From Escherichia coli (GTDB lineage Bacteria; Pseudomonadota; Gammaproteobacteria; Enterobacterales; Enterobacteriaceae): DNA of 64,000 nt. The stretch lies in assembly GCF_036507355.1 (NCBI RefSeq), contig NZ_AP027877.1; one strand, written 5' to 3'. The position numbers and the translations under genes were made by a program. The notes under the pieces are model-generated. The model was not told the origin of the DNA. It saw nothing but the letters and a program-made list of their open reading frames with translations, and made no database searches. Below are positions 22,130 to 37,248 of this stretch, piece by piece (the first letter of the stretch is position 1; every line of letters starts with the position of its first letter).

Positions 22130-25003
22130 ATGACACAGACGTTAAGCCAGCTTGAAAATAGCGGCGCTTTTATTGAACGCCATATCGGACCGGACGCCGC
22201 GCAACAGCAAGAAATGCTGAATGCCGTTGGCGCGCAATCGTTAAACGCGCTGACCGGCCAGATTGTACCGAAAGATATTCAGCTTGCGACCCCGCCGCAG
22301 GTTGGCGCACCGGCGACCGAATACGCCGCGCTGGCGGAACTCAAGGCTATTGCCAGTCGCAATAAACGCTTCACGTCTTACATCGGCATGGGTTACACCG
22401 CCGTGCAGTTACCGCCGGTTATCCTGCGTAACATGCTGGAAAATCCGGGCTGGTATACCGCGTATACTCCGTATCAACCTGAAGTCTCGCAGGGCCGCCT
22501 TGAGGCACTGCTCAATTTCCAGCAGGTAACGCTGGATTTAACCGGGCTGGATATGGCCTCTGCTTCTCTTCTTGACGAAGCCACCGCTGCCGCCGAAGCA
22601 ATGGCGATGGCGAAACGCGTCAGCAAACTGAAAAATGCCAACCGCTTCTTCGTGGCTTCCGATGTGCATCCGCAAACGCTGGATGTGGTCCGTACTCGTG
22701 CCGAAACCTTTGGTTTTGAAGTGATTGTCGATGATGCGCAAAAAGTGCTCGACCATCAGGACGTCTTCGGCGTGCTGTTACAGCAGGTTGGCACTACCGG
22801 TGAAATTCACGACTACACTGCGCTTATCAGCGAACTGAAATCACGCAAAATTGTGGTCAGCGTTGCCGCTGATATTATGGCGCTGGTGCTGTTAACTGCG
22901 CCGGGTAAACAGGGCGCGGATATTGTTTTTGGTTCGGCGCAACGCTTTGGCGTACCGATGGGTTACGGTGGCCCACACGCGGCATTCTTTGCGGCGAAAG
23001 ACGAATACAAACGCTCAATGCCAGGCCGTATTATCGGTGTATCGAAAGATGCAGCTGGCAATACCGCGCTGCGCATGGCGATGCAGACTCGCGAGCAACA
23101 TATTCGTCGTGAGAAAGCGAACTCCAACATTTGTACTTCCCAGGTGCTGCTGGCAAACATCGCCAGCCTGTATGCCGTTTATCACGGCCCGATTGGCCTG
23201 AAACGTATCGCTAACCGCATTCACCGTCTGACCGATATCCTGGCGGCAGGCCTGCAACAAAAAGGTCTGAAGCTGCGCCATGCGCACTATTTCGACACTC
23301 TGTGTGTGGAAGTGGCCGACAAGGCGGGCGTACTGGCGCGTGCCGAAGCGGCTGAAATCAACCTGCGTAGCGATATCCTGAACGCGGTTGGGATCACCCT
23401 TGATGAAACCACCACGCGCGAAAACGTGATGCAGCTTTTCAGCGTACTACTGGGGGATAATCACGGGCTGGACATCGACACGCTGGACAAAGACGTGGCT
23501 CACGACAGCCGCTCTATCCAGCCTGCGATGCTGCGCGACGACGAAATCCTCACCCATCCGGTGTTTAATCGCTACCACAGCGAAACCGAAATGATGCGCT
23601 ATATGCACTCGCTGGAGCGTAAAGATCTGGCGCTGAATCAGGCGATGATCCCGCTGGGTTCCTGCACCATGAAACTGAACGCCGCCGCCGAGATGATCCC
23701 AATCACCTGGCCGGAATTTGCCGAACTGCATCCGTTCTGCCCGCCGGAGCAGGCCGAAGGTTATCAGCAGATGATTGCGCAGCTGGCTGACTGGCTGGTG
23801 AAACTGACCGGTTACGACGCCGTTTGTATGCAGCCGAACTCTGGCGCACAGGGCGAATACGCGGGCCTGTTGGCGATTCGTCATTATCATGAAAGCCGCA
23901 ACGAAGGGCATCGCGATATCTGCCTGATCCCGGCTTCTGCGCACGGCACTAACCCTGCTTCTGCACATATGGCAGGAATGCAGGTGGTGGTTGTGGCATG
24001 TGATAAAAACGGCAACATCGATCTGGCTGATCTGCGCGCGAAAGCGGAACAGGCGGGCGATAACCTCTCCTGTATCATGGTGACCTATCCTTCCACCCAC
24101 GGCGTGTATGAAGAAACGATCCGTGAAGTGTGTGAAGTCGTGCATCAGTTCGGCGGTCAGGTTTACCTTGATGGCGCGAACATGAACGCCCAGGTTGGCA
24201 TCACCTCGCCGGGCTTTATTGGTGCGGACGTTTCACACCTTAACCTACATAAAACTTTCTGCATTCCGCACGGCGGTGGTGGGCCGGGTATGGGACCGAT
24301 CGGTGTGAAAGCGCATCTGGCTCCGTTTGTACCGGGTCATAGCGTGGTGCAAATCGAAGGCATGTTAACCCGTCAGGGCGCGGTTTCTGCGGCACCGTTC
24401 GGTAGCGCCTCTATCCTGCCAATCAGCTGGATGTACATCCGCATGATGGGCGCAGAAGGGCTGAAAAAAGCAAGCCAGGTGGCAATCCTCAACGCCAACT
24501 ATATTGCCAGCCGCCTGCAGGATGCCTTCCCGGTGCTGTATACCGGTCGCGACGGTCGCGTGGCGCACGAATGTATTCTCGATATTCGCCCGCTGAAAGA
24601 AGAAACCGGCATCAGCGAGCTGGATATTGCCAAGCGCCTGATCGACTACGGTTTCCACGCGCCGACGATGTCGTTCCCGGTGGCGGGTACGCTGATGGTT
24701 GAACCGACTGAATCTGAAAGCAAAGTGGAACTGGATCGCTTTATCGACGCGATGCTGGCTATCCGCGCAGAAATTGACCAGGTGAAAGCCGGTGTCTGGC
24801 CGCTGGAAGATAACCCGCTGGTGAACGCGCCGCACATTCAGAGCGAACTGGTCGCCGAGTGGGCGCATCCGTACAGCCGTGAAGTTGCGGTATTCCCGGC
24901 AGGCGTGGCAGACAAATACTGGCCGACGGTGAAACGTCTGGATGATGTTTACGGCGACCGTAACCTGTTCTGCTCCTGCGTACCGATTAGCGAATACCAG
25001 TAA
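22130..25003 (+). CDS. gcvP: Glycine dehydrogenase (decarboxylating), P protein
   Basis: 957 aa, matches K-12 GcvP. Confidence 0.97.
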   Translation: MTQTLSQLENSGAFIERHIGPDAAQQQEMLNAVGAQSLNALTGQIVPKDIQLATPPQVGAPATEYAALAELKAIASRNKRFTSYIGMGYTAVQLPPVILRNMLENPGWYTAYTPYQPEVSQGRLEALLNFQQVTLDLTGLDMASASLLDEATAAAEAMAMAKRVSKLKNANRFFVASDVHPQTLDVVRTRAETFGFEVIVDDAQKVLDHQDVFGVLLQQVGTTGEIHDYTALISELKSRKIVVSVAADIMALVLLTAPGKQGADIVFGSAQRFGVPMGYGGPHAAFFAAKDEYKRSMPGRIIGVSKDAAGNTALRMAMQTREQHIRREKANSNICTSQVLLANIASLYAVYHGPIGLKRIANRIHRLTDILAAGLQQKGLKLRHAHYFDTLCVEVADKAGVLARAEAAEINLRSDILNAVGITLDETTTRENVMQLFSVLLGDNHGLDIDTLDKDVAHDSRSIQPAMLRDDEILTHPVFNRYHSETEMMRYMHSLERKDLALNQAMIPLGSCTMKLNAAAEMIPITWPEFAELHPFCPPEQAEGYQQMIAQLADWLVKLTGYDAVCMQPNSGAQGEYAGLLAIRHYHESRNEGHRDICLIPASAHGTNPASAHMAGMQVVVVACDKNGNIDLADLRAKAEQAGDNLSCIMVTYPSTHGVYEETIREVCEVVHQFGGQVYLDGANMNAQVGITSPGFIGADVSHLNLHKTFCIPHGGGGPGMGPIGVKAHLAPFVPGHSVVQIEGMLTRQGAVSAAPFGSASILPISWMYIRMMGAEGLKKASQVAILNANYIASRLQDAFPVLYTGRDGRVAHECILDIRPLKEETGISELDIAKRLIDYGFHAPTMSFPVAGTLMVEPTESESKVELDRFIDAMLAIRAEIDQVKAGVWPLEDNPLVNAPHIQSELVAEWAHPYSREVAVFPAGVADKYWPTVKRLDDVYGDRNLFCSCVPISEYQ

Positions 25004-25025
25004 TTCACTGATTCGACTATCTTCT

Positions 25026-25047
25026 AAAGGCGCTTCGGCGCCTTTTT
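25026..25047 (+). terminator. gcvP rho-independent terminator
   Basis: aaaggcgc-ttcg-gcgccttt plus a T-run. Confidence 0.8.
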
Positions 25048-25069
25048 AGCTTGTTAATAAAGTGCGCTT

Positions 25070-25158
25070 TGTGTGTCGGATGAAGCGTAAATATAAAATC
25101 CTGGAGTTCAATATATGACAGGAGCGCCAGGCCTGATGAGCGGGGCGCATCAGGCACA
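25070..25158. repeat. REP-like extragenic palindromes
   Basis: gtgtcggatgaagcgt.. and gccaggcctgatgagcggggcgcatcaggc, the REP consensus style. Confidence 0.6.
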
Positions 25159-25166
25159 GCGGGTAA

Positions 25167-26627
<1,461 letters not shown>

Positions 26628-26644
26628 TTACAGGAAATAGTACC

Positions 26645-26956
26645 ATGCAGCCAAACGACATCACTTTTTTTCAACGTTTCCAGGATGACATTCTGGCTGG
26701 GCGTAAAACCATCACCATCCGCGACGAGTCTGAATCGCACTTCAAAACGGGTGATGTGCTTCGTGTCGGGCGTTTTGAAGATGACGGTTATTTTTGCACG
26801 ATTGAAGTCACCGCAACCTCAACCGTAACGCTGGATACGCTGACGGAAAAACATGCAGAGCAGGAAAATATGACCCTGACTGAACTGAAAAAGGTCATTG
26901 CCGACATCTATCCCGGTCAGACACAGTTTTATGTGATTGAATTTAAATGTCTTTAA
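26645..26956 (+). CDS. yqfB: ASCH-domain protein YqfB
   Basis: 103 aa, matches K-12 YqfB. Confidence 0.95.
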   Translation: MQPNDITFFQRFQDDILAGRKTITIRDESESHFKTGDVLRVGRFEDDGYFCTIEVTATSTVTLDTLTEKHAEQENMTLTELKKVIADIYPGQTQFYVIEFKCL

Positions 26957-27116
26957 ATTGAACTCACGCCTGTTAGTTGAAATTTCGCATTTAATTTCAT
27001 GATTTTTAGGAGATTAGTCTCAAATCAGAATTTATTTTAGCTAACAGGTGTTCACTGGAACTATTCTCAGTTACGCTGGAGAGGTATACATGTGCGTGTA
27101 CGTTTCTCCGGAGTAA

Positions 27117-27779
<663 letters not shown>

Positions 27780-27787
27780 TGGGTATG

Positions 27788-27850
27788 CCTTTGTAGGCCT
27801 GATAAGACGCGCCAGCGTCGCATCAGGCGATAAATGCCTGATGCGACACA
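27788..27850. repeat. REP/BIME element
   Basis: gtaggcctgataagacgcgccagcgtcgcatcaggc plus gcctgatgcgacac, an inverted pair of REP units. Confidence 0.7.
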
Positions 27851-27855
27851 GAGAT

Positions 27856-28836
27856 TTACTCTTCGAGCGAATACGGCAGCGGCTCGATATGCAATGTATT
27901 CGCATCGTCACGCACGCGGAAGATGCTGTCCGGTTCCATATCGTTATTCATGACGACCTGTACCACGACCTGACCATCTTCCAGTTTTACCGCAGCCAGC
28001 ACCGTACCGGTGCGACGCCAGTTCTCGCCCATTTTCAGCTCTAAATCTTCACCAGCTTCCGGCAGTCGGCTGGCGCTACCTGCCAGCAACCAGAGCGCAC
28101 GTTTATTGGCACCACGGAATTTTGCTCGCGCCACCATCTCTTGTCCGGTATAACAGCCTTTCTTAAAGCTGATACCGCCCAGCGCCTGGAGATTGGTCGC
28201 CTGTGGGATAAACTGCCCGCTGTTCGCGGCATCAATCACCGGGAAACCCGCTTCAATGTTTAATGCCAGCCACTGTTGGCTATTGTTCAGTTCCGCTTCA
28301 CCGCGCAGTTTATCGGTCAGCATATTGGCAGTAGCTTCATCGGTTACGATCAGGAAACGTTCTGCCGGGTGTTCAAACCATAGCAAAGTGGTCGCGCCTT
28401 CTTTAACTACCTGTTTTTCTCTCGAAGGTAGTTCACTAAAGAGATTGGCCAGTGCGGCGCGCGCCTGAAAACCGGCAACACCAAGCAGCACACGCTCGTC
28501 GTCTGGCGCGATGGTCACTTTAGAGAATACCGCATATTTTTTCAGTTCAGTCAGCTGCGGTTCACGCACGCTGCGCCGTTCAATCCACGCAAAGCCATCG
28601 CCGTCGCGGAACAGACGTAAATTGCTCCACATTTTACCTTTGGCGTCGCAATGGGCGGCGAGCAGGTGCTGATTTTCTGTCATCTGGCTGACATCTGCTG
28701 TCACCTGGCCCTGCATATATTTTTCGCTGTCCGCGCCAGTAATGGTGGCAAGCGCCCAGTCATCAAGCGTCATCAGCGTCAGCGGTAAACGGGCAGAAGC
28801 CGTAGGCTGACGGGGAGGAAAAGGTGTAAAAGCCAT
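27856..28836 (-). CDS. ygfZ: Folate-binding Fe-S cluster repair protein YgfZ
   Basis: 326 aa, matches K-12 YgfZ. Confidence 0.95.
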   Translation of the reverse strand: MAFTPFPPRQPTASARLPLTLMTLDDWALATITGADSEKYMQGQVTADVSQMTENQHLLAAHCDAKGKMWSNLRLFRDGDGFAWIERRSVREPQLTELKKYAVFSKVTIAPDDERVLLGVAGFQARAALANLFSELPSREKQVVKEGATTLLWFEHPAERFLIVTDEATANMLTDKLRGEAELNNSQQWLALNIEAGFPVIDAANSGQFIPQATNLQALGGISFKKGCYTGQEMVARAKFRGANKRALWLLAGSASRLPEAGEDLELKMGENWRRTGTVLAAVKLEDGQVVVQVVMNNDMEPDSIFRVRDDANTLHIEPLPYSLEE

Positions 28837-29066
28837 AATAGAGTCCTGAGTTGCTTAACGGCGTATTAATAACTAATGGTAAAAGAGCTATGAGGCAATG
28901 CAAGTGCTTTCACTACGCGATCTGTGCCTTCTGCGAGGCGACTTCCAAAAAAATGAAGCCCTTGAATTGTTGTGAATTAATTTCGCGATCGCGATTGTGT
29001 TTACTGATATTCCCGTAAAAGAAGTCGAAAAACACGTTACAATAGCGGGGTACTGGATTTTCGTGA

Positions 29067-29733
<667 letters not shown>

Positions 29734-29772
29734 AGATGACGGCAAAGCATATGCGCTAAGCCGTCAGTGAGA

Positions 29773-30294
29773 TCAGGCGTAATGCTCTGCCATTTCGTTG
29801 AGGATTTGCTCGCACCAGCTCTGAATACGCTCGTCGCTAAGGTCATACTGGTTAGTTTCATCCAGCGCCAGACCCACGAACAGTTGCCCGTCAGCAATCA
29901 CCGGTTTCGGGCTGGTAAATTCATATCCTTCCGTTGGCCAGTAGCCGACGAACTTCACGCCTTTGGTAGAAAGTTTGTCATGCAGCATCCCTAGCGCATC
30001 GAGGAACCATTCACCGTACCCGAGTTGATCGCCAAGCCCATACAGCGCAACAATTTTACCTTCGAGGTTCAGGTCGTCGAGCTGATCCCAGACGGCTTCC
30101 CAGTCTTCCTGGATTTCGCCAAAATCCCAGGTCGGGATACCCAGAATGAGCACATCGTACTGCTCCATTAATTTCGGGGAGTCGTCCTTGAGGTTATGTA
30201 AGGTCACCAGTTCTGGGCCGATAATATCGCGGATTTTTTCTGCCGCCATTTCGGTGTAACAGGTGCTGGAACCGTAAAAAAGACCCATATTCAT
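29773..30294 (-). CDS. fldB: Flavodoxin 2
   Basis: 173 aa, matches K-12 FldB. Confidence 0.95.
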
Positions 30295-30405
30295 AACGTA
30301 AGCTTCTCGATTCTGCTGTGGCTTTTGCGGCTAGTGTATCAGAATCGCTTTAGTCACGGCACAATAAGGCATAATGGATCAAATGAGTGACCATAAGGGG
30401 CGCAA

Positions 30406-31302
30406 GTGAAACAGGATCTGGCACGCATCGAGCAGTTTCTTGATGCTCTGTGGCTGGAAAAAAATCTGGCTGAAAATACGTTGAACGCTTACCGTCGCGA
30501 TCTGTCAATGATGGTGGAGTGGTTGCATCACCGCGGGTTGACGCTGGCGACGGCGCAAAGTGACGATTTGCAGGCATTACTGGCAGAACGGCTGGAGGGC
30601 GGGTATAAAGCCACCAGCTCAGCGCGTTTGCTGAGTGCAGTGCGCCGATTGTTCCAGTATCTTTATCGCGAAAAGTTTCGTGAAGATGATCCCAGTGCGC
30701 ATCTCGCTTCACCGAAATTGCCCCAGCGTTTGCCAAAAGATTTAAGCGAAGCGCAGGTCGAACGTTTATTACAGGCACCATTAATTGATCAGCCACTGGA
30801 GCTACGCGATAAAGCCATGCTTGAAGTGTTGTATGCTACCGGGCTGCGTGTCTCTGAACTGGTCGGGCTGACAATGAGTGATATCAGCCTGCGTCAGGGC
30901 GTAGTGCGGGTCATTGGTAAAGGCAACAAAGAGCGCCTGGTGCCGTTAGGTGAAGAGGCGGTTTACTGGCTGGAAACCTATCTGGAACATGGGCGTCCGT
31001 GGCTGTTGAATGGTGTGTCAATTGACGTGTTGTTTCCCAGCCAGCGTGCGCAGCAGATGACGCGACAGACCTTCTGGCACCGTATTAAACATTATGCCGT
31101 GCTGGCGGGTATCGACAGCGAAAAGCTGTCACCGCATGTGTTGCGTCACGCTTTTGCCACTCATTTATTAAATCATGGTGCGGATTTACGCGTGGTGCAG
31201 ATGCTACTGGGCCACAGCGATCTTTCCACCACGCAAATTTATACGCATGTCGCTACCGAGCGTCTGCGGCAACTTCATCAACAGCATCACCCGCGGGCGT
31301 GA
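30406..31302 (+). CDS. xerD: Tyrosine recombinase XerD
   Basis: 298 aa with a GTG start, matches K-12 XerD. Confidence 0.97.
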   Translation: MKQDLARIEQFLDALWLEKNLAENTLNAYRRDLSMMVEWLHHRGLTLATAQSDDLQALLAERLEGGYKATSSARLLSAVRRLFQYLYREKFREDDPSAHLASPKLPQRLPKDLSEAQVERLLQAPLIDQPLELRDKAMLEVLYATGLRVSELVGLTMSDISLRQGVVRVIGKGNKERLVPLGEEAVYWLETYLEHGRPWLLNGVSIDVLFPSQRAQQMTRQTFWHRIKHYAVLAGIDSEKLSPHVLRHAFATHLLNHGADLRVVQMLLGHSDLSTTQIYTHVATERLRQLHQQHHPRA

Positions 31303-31326
31303 TGTCTGAAAAGAACGGGAAGATTT

Positions 31327-32037
31327 ATGAAGAAAGGTTTTATGTTGTTTACTTTGTTAGCGGCGTTTTCAGGCTTTGCTCAGGCTGATGACGCGGCAAT
31401 TCAACAAACGTTAGCCAAAATGGGCATCAAAAGCAGCGATATTCAGCCCGCGCCCGTAGCTGGCATGAAGACAGTTCTGACTAACAGCGGTGTGTTGTAC
31501 ATCACCGATGATGGTAAACATATCATTCAGGGGCCAATGTATGACGTTAGCGGCACGGCTCCGGTCAATGTCACCAATAAGATGTTGTTAAAGCAGTTGA
31601 ATGCGCTTGAAAAAGAGATGATCGTTTATAAAGCGCCGCAGGAAAAACACGTCATCACCGTGTTTACTGATATTACCTGTGGTTACTGCCACAAACTGCA
31701 TGAGCAAATGGCAGACTACAACGCGCTGGGGATCACCGTGCGTTATCTTGCTTTCCCGCGCCAGGGGCTGGATAGCGATGCTGAGAAAGAAATGAAAGCT
31801 ATCTGGTGTGCGAAAGACAAAAACAAAGCGTTTGATGATGTGATGGCAGGTAAAAGCGTCGCACCAGCCAGTTGCGACGTGGATATTGCCGACCATTACG
31901 CACTTGGCGTCCAGCTTGGCGTTAGCGGTACTCCGGCAGTTGTGCTGAGCAATGGCACACTTGTTCCGGGTTACCAGCCGCCGAAAGACATGAAAGAATT
32001 CCTCGACGAACACCAAAAAATGACCAGCGGTAAATAA
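31327..32037 (+). CDS. dsbC: Thiol:disulfide interchange protein DsbC
   Basis: 236 aa with a signal peptide and the CGYC active site. Confidence 0.97.
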   Translation: MKKGFMLFTLLAAFSGFAQADDAAIQQTLAKMGIKSSDIQPAPVAGMKTVLTNSGVLYITDDGKHIIQGPMYDVSGTAPVNVTNKMLLKQLNALEKEMIVYKAPQEKHVITVFTDITCGYCHKLHEQMADYNALGITVRYLAFPRQGLDSDAEKEMKAIWCAKDKNKAFDDVMAGKSVAPASCDVDIADHYALGVQLGVSGTPAVVLSNGTLVPGYQPPKDMKEFLDEHQKMTSGK

Positions 32038-32042
32038 TTCGC

Positions 32043-33776
32043 GTGAAACAACAGATACAACTTCGTCGCCGTGAAGTCGATGAAACGGCAGACTTGCCCG
32101 CTGAATTGCCTCCCTTGCTGCGCCGTTTATACGCCAGCCGAGGAGTACGCAGTGCGCAAGAACTGGAACGCAGTGTTAAAGGTATGTTGCCCTGGCAGCA
32201 ACTGAGCGGCGTCGAAAAGGCCGTTGAGATCCTTTACAACGCTTTTCGCGAAGGAACGCGGATTATTGTGGTCGGTGATTTCGACGCTGACGGTGCCACC
32301 AGCACGGCTCTAAGCGTGCTGGCGATGCGCTCGCTTGGTTGCAGCAATATCGACTACCTGGTACCAAACCGTTTCGAAGACGGTTACGGCTTAAGCCCGG
32401 AAGTGGTCGATCAGGCCCATGCCCGTGGCGCGCAGTTAATTGTCACGGTGGATAACGGTATTTCCTCCCATGCGGGGGTTGAGCACGCTCGCTCGTTGGG
32501 CATCCCGGTTATTGTTACCGATCACCATTTGCCGGGCGACACATTACCCGCAGCGGAAGCGATCATTAACCCTAACTTGCGCGACTGTAATTTCCCGTCG
32601 AAATCACTGGCAGGCGTGGGTGTGGCGTTTTATCTGATGCTGGCGCTGCGCACCTTTTTGCGCGATCAGGGCTGGTTTGATGAGCGTAACATCGCAATTC
32701 CTAACCTGGCAGAACTGCTGGATCTGGTCGCGCTGGGGACAGTAGCGGACGTCGTGCCGCTGGACGCTAATAATCGCATTCTGACCTGGCAGGGGATGAG
32801 TCGCATCCGTGCCGGAAAGTGCCGTCCGGGGATTAAAGCGCTGCTGGAAGTGGCAAACCGTGATGCACAAAAACTCGCCGCCAGCGATTTAGGTTTTGCG
32901 CTGGGGCCACGTCTCAATGCTGCCGGGCGACTGGACGATATGTCCGTCGGTGTGGCGCTGTTGTTGTGCGACAACATCGGCGAAGCGCGCGTGCTGGCAA
33001 ATGAACTCGATGCGCTAAACCAGACGCGAAAAGAGATCGAACAAGGAATGCAAATTGAAGCCCTGACCCTGTGCGAGAAACTGGAGCGCAGCCGCGACAC
33101 GCTACCCGGCGGGCTGGCAATGTATCACCCCGAATGGCATCAGGGCGTTGTCGGTATTCTGGCTTCGCGCATCAAAGAGCGTTTTCACCGTCCGGTTATC
33201 GCCTTTGCGCCAGCAGGTGATGGTACGCTGAAAGGTTCAGGTCGCTCCATTCAGGGGCTGCATATGCGTGATGCACTGGAGCGATTAGACACACTCTACC
33301 CTGGCATGATGCTGAAGTTTGGCGGTCATGCGATGGCGGCGGGTTTGTCGCTGGAAGAGGATAAATTCGAACTCTTTCAACAACGGTTTGGCGAACTGGT
33401 TACTGAGTGGCTGGACCCTTCGCTATTGCAAGGCGAAGTGGTGTCAGACGGTCCGTTAAGTCCAGCCGAAATGACCATGGAAGTGGCGCAGCTGCTGCGC
33501 GATGCTGGCCCGTGGGGGCAGATGTTCCCGGAGCCGCTGTTTGACGGTCATTTCCGTCTGCTGCAACAGCGGCTGGTGGGCGAACGTCATTTGAAAGTCA
33601 TGGTCGAACCGGTCGGCGGCGGTCCGCTGCTGGATGGTATTGCTTTTAATGTCGATACCGCCCTCTGGCCGGATAACGGCGTGCGCGAAGTGCAACTGGC
33701 TTACAAGCTCGATATCAACGAGTTTCGCGGCAACCGCAGCCTGCAAATTATCATCGACAATATCTGGCCAATTTAG
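32043..33776 (+). CDS. recJ: Single-stranded-DNA-specific exonuclease RecJ
   Basis: 577 aa with a GTG start and DHH motifs (DFDADGATS, DHH). Confidence 0.97.
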   Translation: MKQQIQLRRREVDETADLPAELPPLLRRLYASRGVRSAQELERSVKGMLPWQQLSGVEKAVEILYNAFREGTRIIVVGDFDADGATSTALSVLAMRSLGCSNIDYLVPNRFEDGYGLSPEVVDQAHARGAQLIVTVDNGISSHAGVEHARSLGIPVIVTDHHLPGDTLPAAEAIINPNLRDCNFPSKSLAGVGVAFYLMLALRTFLRDQGWFDERNIAIPNLAELLDLVALGTVADVVPLDANNRILTWQGMSRIRAGKCRPGIKALLEVANRDAQKLAASDLGFALGPRLNAAGRLDDMSVGVALLLCDNIGEARVLANELDALNQTRKEIEQGMQIEALTLCEKLERSRDTLPGGLAMYHPEWHQGVVGILASRIKERFHRPVIAFAPAGDGTLKGSGRSIQGLHMRDALERLDTLYPGMMLKFGGHAMAAGLSLEEDKFELFQQRFGELVTEWLDPSLLQGEVVSDGPLSPAEMTMEVAQLLRDAGPWGQMFPEPLFDGHFRLLQQRLVGERHLKVMVEPVGGGPLLDGIAFNVDTALWPDNGVREVQLAYKLDINEFRGNRSLQIIIDNIWPI

Positions 33777-33866
33777 CGTCATCTTCTCTATAAAAAAGAG
33801 CGTGGATTGGGTACAATCCCGCTCTTATCACCGCATTTTGACTAGCTCAATAAAAGAAATCAGACC

Positions 33867-34965
33867 ATGTTTGAAATTAATCCGGTAAATAATCGCATTC
33901 AGGACCTCACGGAACGCTCCGACGTTCTTAGGGGGTATCTTTGACTACGACGCCAAGAAAGAGCGTCTGGAAGAAGTAAACGCCGAGCTGGAACAGCCGG
34001 ATGTCTGGAACGAACCCGAACGCGCACAGGCGCTGGGTAAAGAGCGTTCCTCCCTCGAAGCCGTTGTCGACACCCTCGACCAAATGAAACAGGGGCTGGA
34101 AGATGTTTCTGGTCTGCTGGAACTGGCTGTAGAAGCTGACGACGAAGAAACCTTTAACGAAGCCGTTGCTGAACTCGACGCCCTGGAAGAAAAACTGGCG
34201 CAGCTTGAGTTCCGCCGTATGTTCTCTGGCGAATATGACAGCGCCGACTGCTACCTCGATATTCAGGCAGGGTCTGGCGGTACGGAAGCACAGGACTGGG
34301 CGAGCATGCTTGAGCGTATGTATCTGCGCTGGGCAGAATCGCGTGGTTTCAAAACTGAAATCATCGAAGAGTCGGAAGGTGAAGTGGCGGGTATTAAATC
34401 CGTGACTATCAAAATCTCCGGCGATTACGCTTACGGCTGGCTGCGTACAGAAACCGGCGTTCACCGCCTGGTGCGTAAAAGCCCGTTTGACTCCGGCGGT
34501 CGTCGCCACACGTCGTTCAGCTCCGCGTTTGTTTATCCGGAAGTTGATGATGATATTGATATCGAAATCAACCCGGCGGATCTGCGCATTGACGTTTATC
34601 GCGCGTCCGGCGCGGGCGGTCAGCACGTTAACCGTACCGAATCTGCGGTGCGTATTACCCACATCCCGACCGGGATCGTGACCCAGTGCCAGAACGACCG
34701 TTCCCAGCACAAGAACAAAGACCAGGCCATGAAGCAGATGAAAGCGAAGCTTTATGAACTGGAGATGCAGAAGAAAAATGCCGAGAAACAGGCGATGGAA
34801 GATAACAAATCCGACATCGGCTGGGGCAGCCAGATTCGTTCTTATGTCCTTGATGACTCCCGCATTAAAGATCTGCGCACTGGGGTAGAAACCCGCAACA
34901 CGCAGGCCGTGCTGGACGGCAGCCTGGATCAATTTATCGAAGCAAGTTTGAAAGCAGGGTTATGA
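33867..34965 (+). CDS. prfB: Peptide chain release factor 2, made by a programmed +1 frameshift: join(33867..33941,33943..34965)
   Basis: ATG at 33867 gives [25 protein letters not shown], then an in-frame TGA at 33942-33944. The +1 frame continues as [12 protein letters not shown]... to 34965, including the GGQ motif (SGAGGQHVN). Confidence 0.95.
33930..33945 (+). promoter_or_regulatory. prfB autoregulatory +1 frameshift cassette
   Basis: agggggtat ctt tga c: an internal SD-like AGGGGG placed 3 nt before the CUU UGA C slippery/stop site. Confidence 0.9.
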
Positions 34966-34974
34966 GGAACCAAC

Positions 34975-36492
34975 ATGTCTGAACAACACGCACAGGGCGC
35001 TGACGCGGTAGTCGATCTTAACAATGAACTGAAAACGCGTCGTGAGAAGCTGGCGAACCTGCGCGAGCAGGGGATTGCCTTCCCGAACGATTTCCGTCGC
35101 GATCATACCTCTGACCAATTGCACGCAGAATTCGACGGTAAAGAGAACGAAGAACTGGAAGCGCTGAATATCGAAGTCGCCGTTGCTGGCCGCATGATGA
35201 CCCGCCGTATTATGGGTAAAGCGTCTTTCGTTACCCTGCAGGATGTGGGTGGCCGCATTCAGCTGTACGTTGCCCGTGACGATCTGCCGGAAGGCGTTTA
35301 CAACGAGCAGTTCAAAAAATGGGACCTCGGCGACATCCTCGGCGCGAAAGGTAAACTGTTCAAAACCAAAACCGGCGAACTGTCTATCCACTGTACCGAG
35401 CTGCGTCTGCTGACCAAAGCACTGCGTCCGCTGCCGGATAAATTCCACGGCTTGCAGGATCAGGAAGCGCGCTATCGTCAGCGTTATCTGGATCTCATCT
35501 CTAACGATGAATCCCGTAACACCTTTAAAGTGCGCTCGCAGATCCTCTCTGGTATTCGCCAGTTCATGGTGAACCGCGGCTTTATGGAAGTTGAAACGCC
35601 GATGATGCAGGTGATCCCAGGCGGTGCCGCTGCGCGTCCGTTTATCACCCACCATAACGCGCTGGATCTCGACATGTACCTGCGTATCGCGCCGGAACTG
35701 TACCTCAAGCGTCTGGTGGTCGGTGGCTTCGAGCGTGTATTCGAAATCAACCGTAACTTCCGTAACGAAGGTATCTCCGTACGTCATAACCCAGAGTTCA
35801 CCATGATGGAACTCTACATGGCTTACGCAGATTACAAAGATCTGATCGAGCTGACCGAATCGCTGTTCCGTACTCTGGCACAGGATATTCTCGGTAAGAC
35901 GGAAGTGACCTACGGCGACGTGACGCTGGACTTCGGTAAACCGTTCGAAAAACTGACCATGCGAGAAGCGATCAAGAAATATCGCCCGGAAACCGACATG
36001 GCGGATCTGGATAACTTCGACTCTGCGAAAGCGATTGCTGAATCTATCGGTATCCACGTTGAGAAGAGCTGGGGTCTGGGCCGTATCGTTACCGAGATCT
36101 TCGAAGAAGTGGCAGAAGCACATCTGATTCAGCCGACCTTCATTACTGAATATCCGGCAGAAGTTTCTCCGCTGGCGCGTCGTAACGACATTAACCCGGA
36201 AATCACAGACCGCTTTGAGTTCTTCATTGGTGGTCGTGAAATCGGTAACGGCTTTAGCGAGCTGAATGACGCGGAAGATCAGGCGCAGCGCTTCCTGGAT
36301 CAGGTTGCCGCGAAAGATGCAGGTGACGACGAAGCGATGTTCTACGATGAAGATTACGTTACCGCACTGGAACATGGCTTACCGCCGACAGCAGGTCTGG
36401 GGATTGGCATCGACCGTATGGTAATGCTGTTCACCAACAGCCATACCATCCGCGACGTTATTCTGTTCCCGGCGATGCGTCCGGTGAAATAA
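34975..36492 (+). CDS. lysS: Lysyl-tRNA synthetase (constitutive)
   Basis: 505 aa, matches K-12 LysS. Confidence 0.97.
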   Translation: MSEQHAQGADAVVDLNNELKTRREKLANLREQGIAFPNDFRRDHTSDQLHAEFDGKENEELEALNIEVAVAGRMMTRRIMGKASFVTLQDVGGRIQLYVARDDLPEGVYNEQFKKWDLGDILGAKGKLFKTKTGELSIHCTELRLLTKALRPLPDKFHGLQDQEARYRQRYLDLISNDESRNTFKVRSQILSGIRQFMVNRGFMEVETPMMQVIPGGAAARPFITHHNALDLDMYLRIAPELYLKRLVVGGFERVFEINRNFRNEGISVRHNPEFTMMELYMAYADYKDLIELTESLFRTLAQDILGKTEVTYGDVTLDFGKPFEKLTMREAIKKYRPETDMADLDNFDSAKAIAESIGIHVEKSWGLGRIVTEIFEEVAEAHLIQPTFITEYPAEVSPLARRNDINPEITDRFEFFIGGREIGNGFSELNDAEDQAQRFLDQVAAKDAGDDEAMFYDEDYVTALEHGLPPTAGLGIGIDRMVMLFTNSHTIRDVILFPAMRPVK

Positions 36493-36510
36493 GCATTACG
36501 TTATGCTCAC

Positions 36511-36535
36511 AACCCCGGCAAATGTCGGGGTTTTT
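36511..36535 (+). terminator. lysS terminator, directly abutted by the IS1 end
   Basis: aaccccg-gcaaatgt-cggggttttt. The IS1 inverted repeat starts at the next base. Confidence 0.75.
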
Positions 36536-36550
36536 GGTAATGACTCCAAC

Positions 36551-37054
36551 TTATTGATAGTGTTTTATGTTCAGATAATGCCCGATGACTTTGTCATGCA
36601 GCTCCACCGATTTTGAGAACGACAGCGACTTCCGTCCCAGCCGTGCCAGGTGCTGCCTCAGATTCAGGTTATGCCGCTCAATTCGCTGCGTATATCGCTT
36701 GCTGATTACGTGCAGCTTTCCCTTCAGGCGGGATTCATACAGCGGCCAGCCATCCGTCATCCATATCACCACGTCAAAGGGTGACAGCAGGCTCATAAGA
36801 CGCCCCAGCGTCGCCATCGTGCGTTCACCGAATACGTGCGCAACAACCGTCTTCCGGAGCCTGTCATACGCGTAAAACAGCCAGCGCTGGCGCGATTTAG
36901 CCCCGACATAGCCCCACTGTTCGTCCATTTCCGCGCAGACGATGACGTCACTGCCCGGCTGTATGCGCGAGGTTACCGACTGCGGCCTGAGTTTTTTAAG
37001 TGACGTAAAATCGTGTTGAGGCCAACGCCCATAATGCGGGCTGTTGCCCGGCAT
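36551..37054 (-). CDS. insB: IS1 InsB' frame (transposase InsAB' via -1 frameshift at the A6 run 36992-36997)
   Basis: 167-aa frame overlapping the insA 3' end. The motif ttaaaaaac lies on the IS1 coding strand. Confidence 0.9.
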
Positions 37055-37248
37055 CCAACGCCATTCATGGCCATATCAATGATTTTCTGGTGCGTACCGG
37101 GTTGAGAAGCGGTGTAAGTGAACTGCAGTTGCCATGTTTTACGGCAGTGAGAGCAGAGATAGCGCTGATGTCCGGCGGTGCTTTTGCCGTTACGCACCAC
37201 CCCGTCAGTAGCTGAACAGGAGGGACAGCTGATAGAAACAGAAGCCAC
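36973..37248 (-). CDS. insA: IS1 InsA
   Basis: 91 aa, [43 protein letters not shown]... Confidence 0.95.

Noticed and set aside
34960-36375. 471-aa ORF antisense to lysS. Similar long antisense ORFs lie at 33928..34932 (prfB), 23447..24145 and 24365..24868 (gcvP), 12011..12577 (rpiA), 16863..17396 (pepP), 49671..50225 (arsA), 50843..51508 (arsB) and 63648..63974 (yqeF).
   Set aside because: Each lies wholly inside a confidently identified gene on the other strand. Their proteins are low-complexity, R/H/F/V-rich and have no recognisable motifs. These are the usual shadow ORFs of codon-biased genes.
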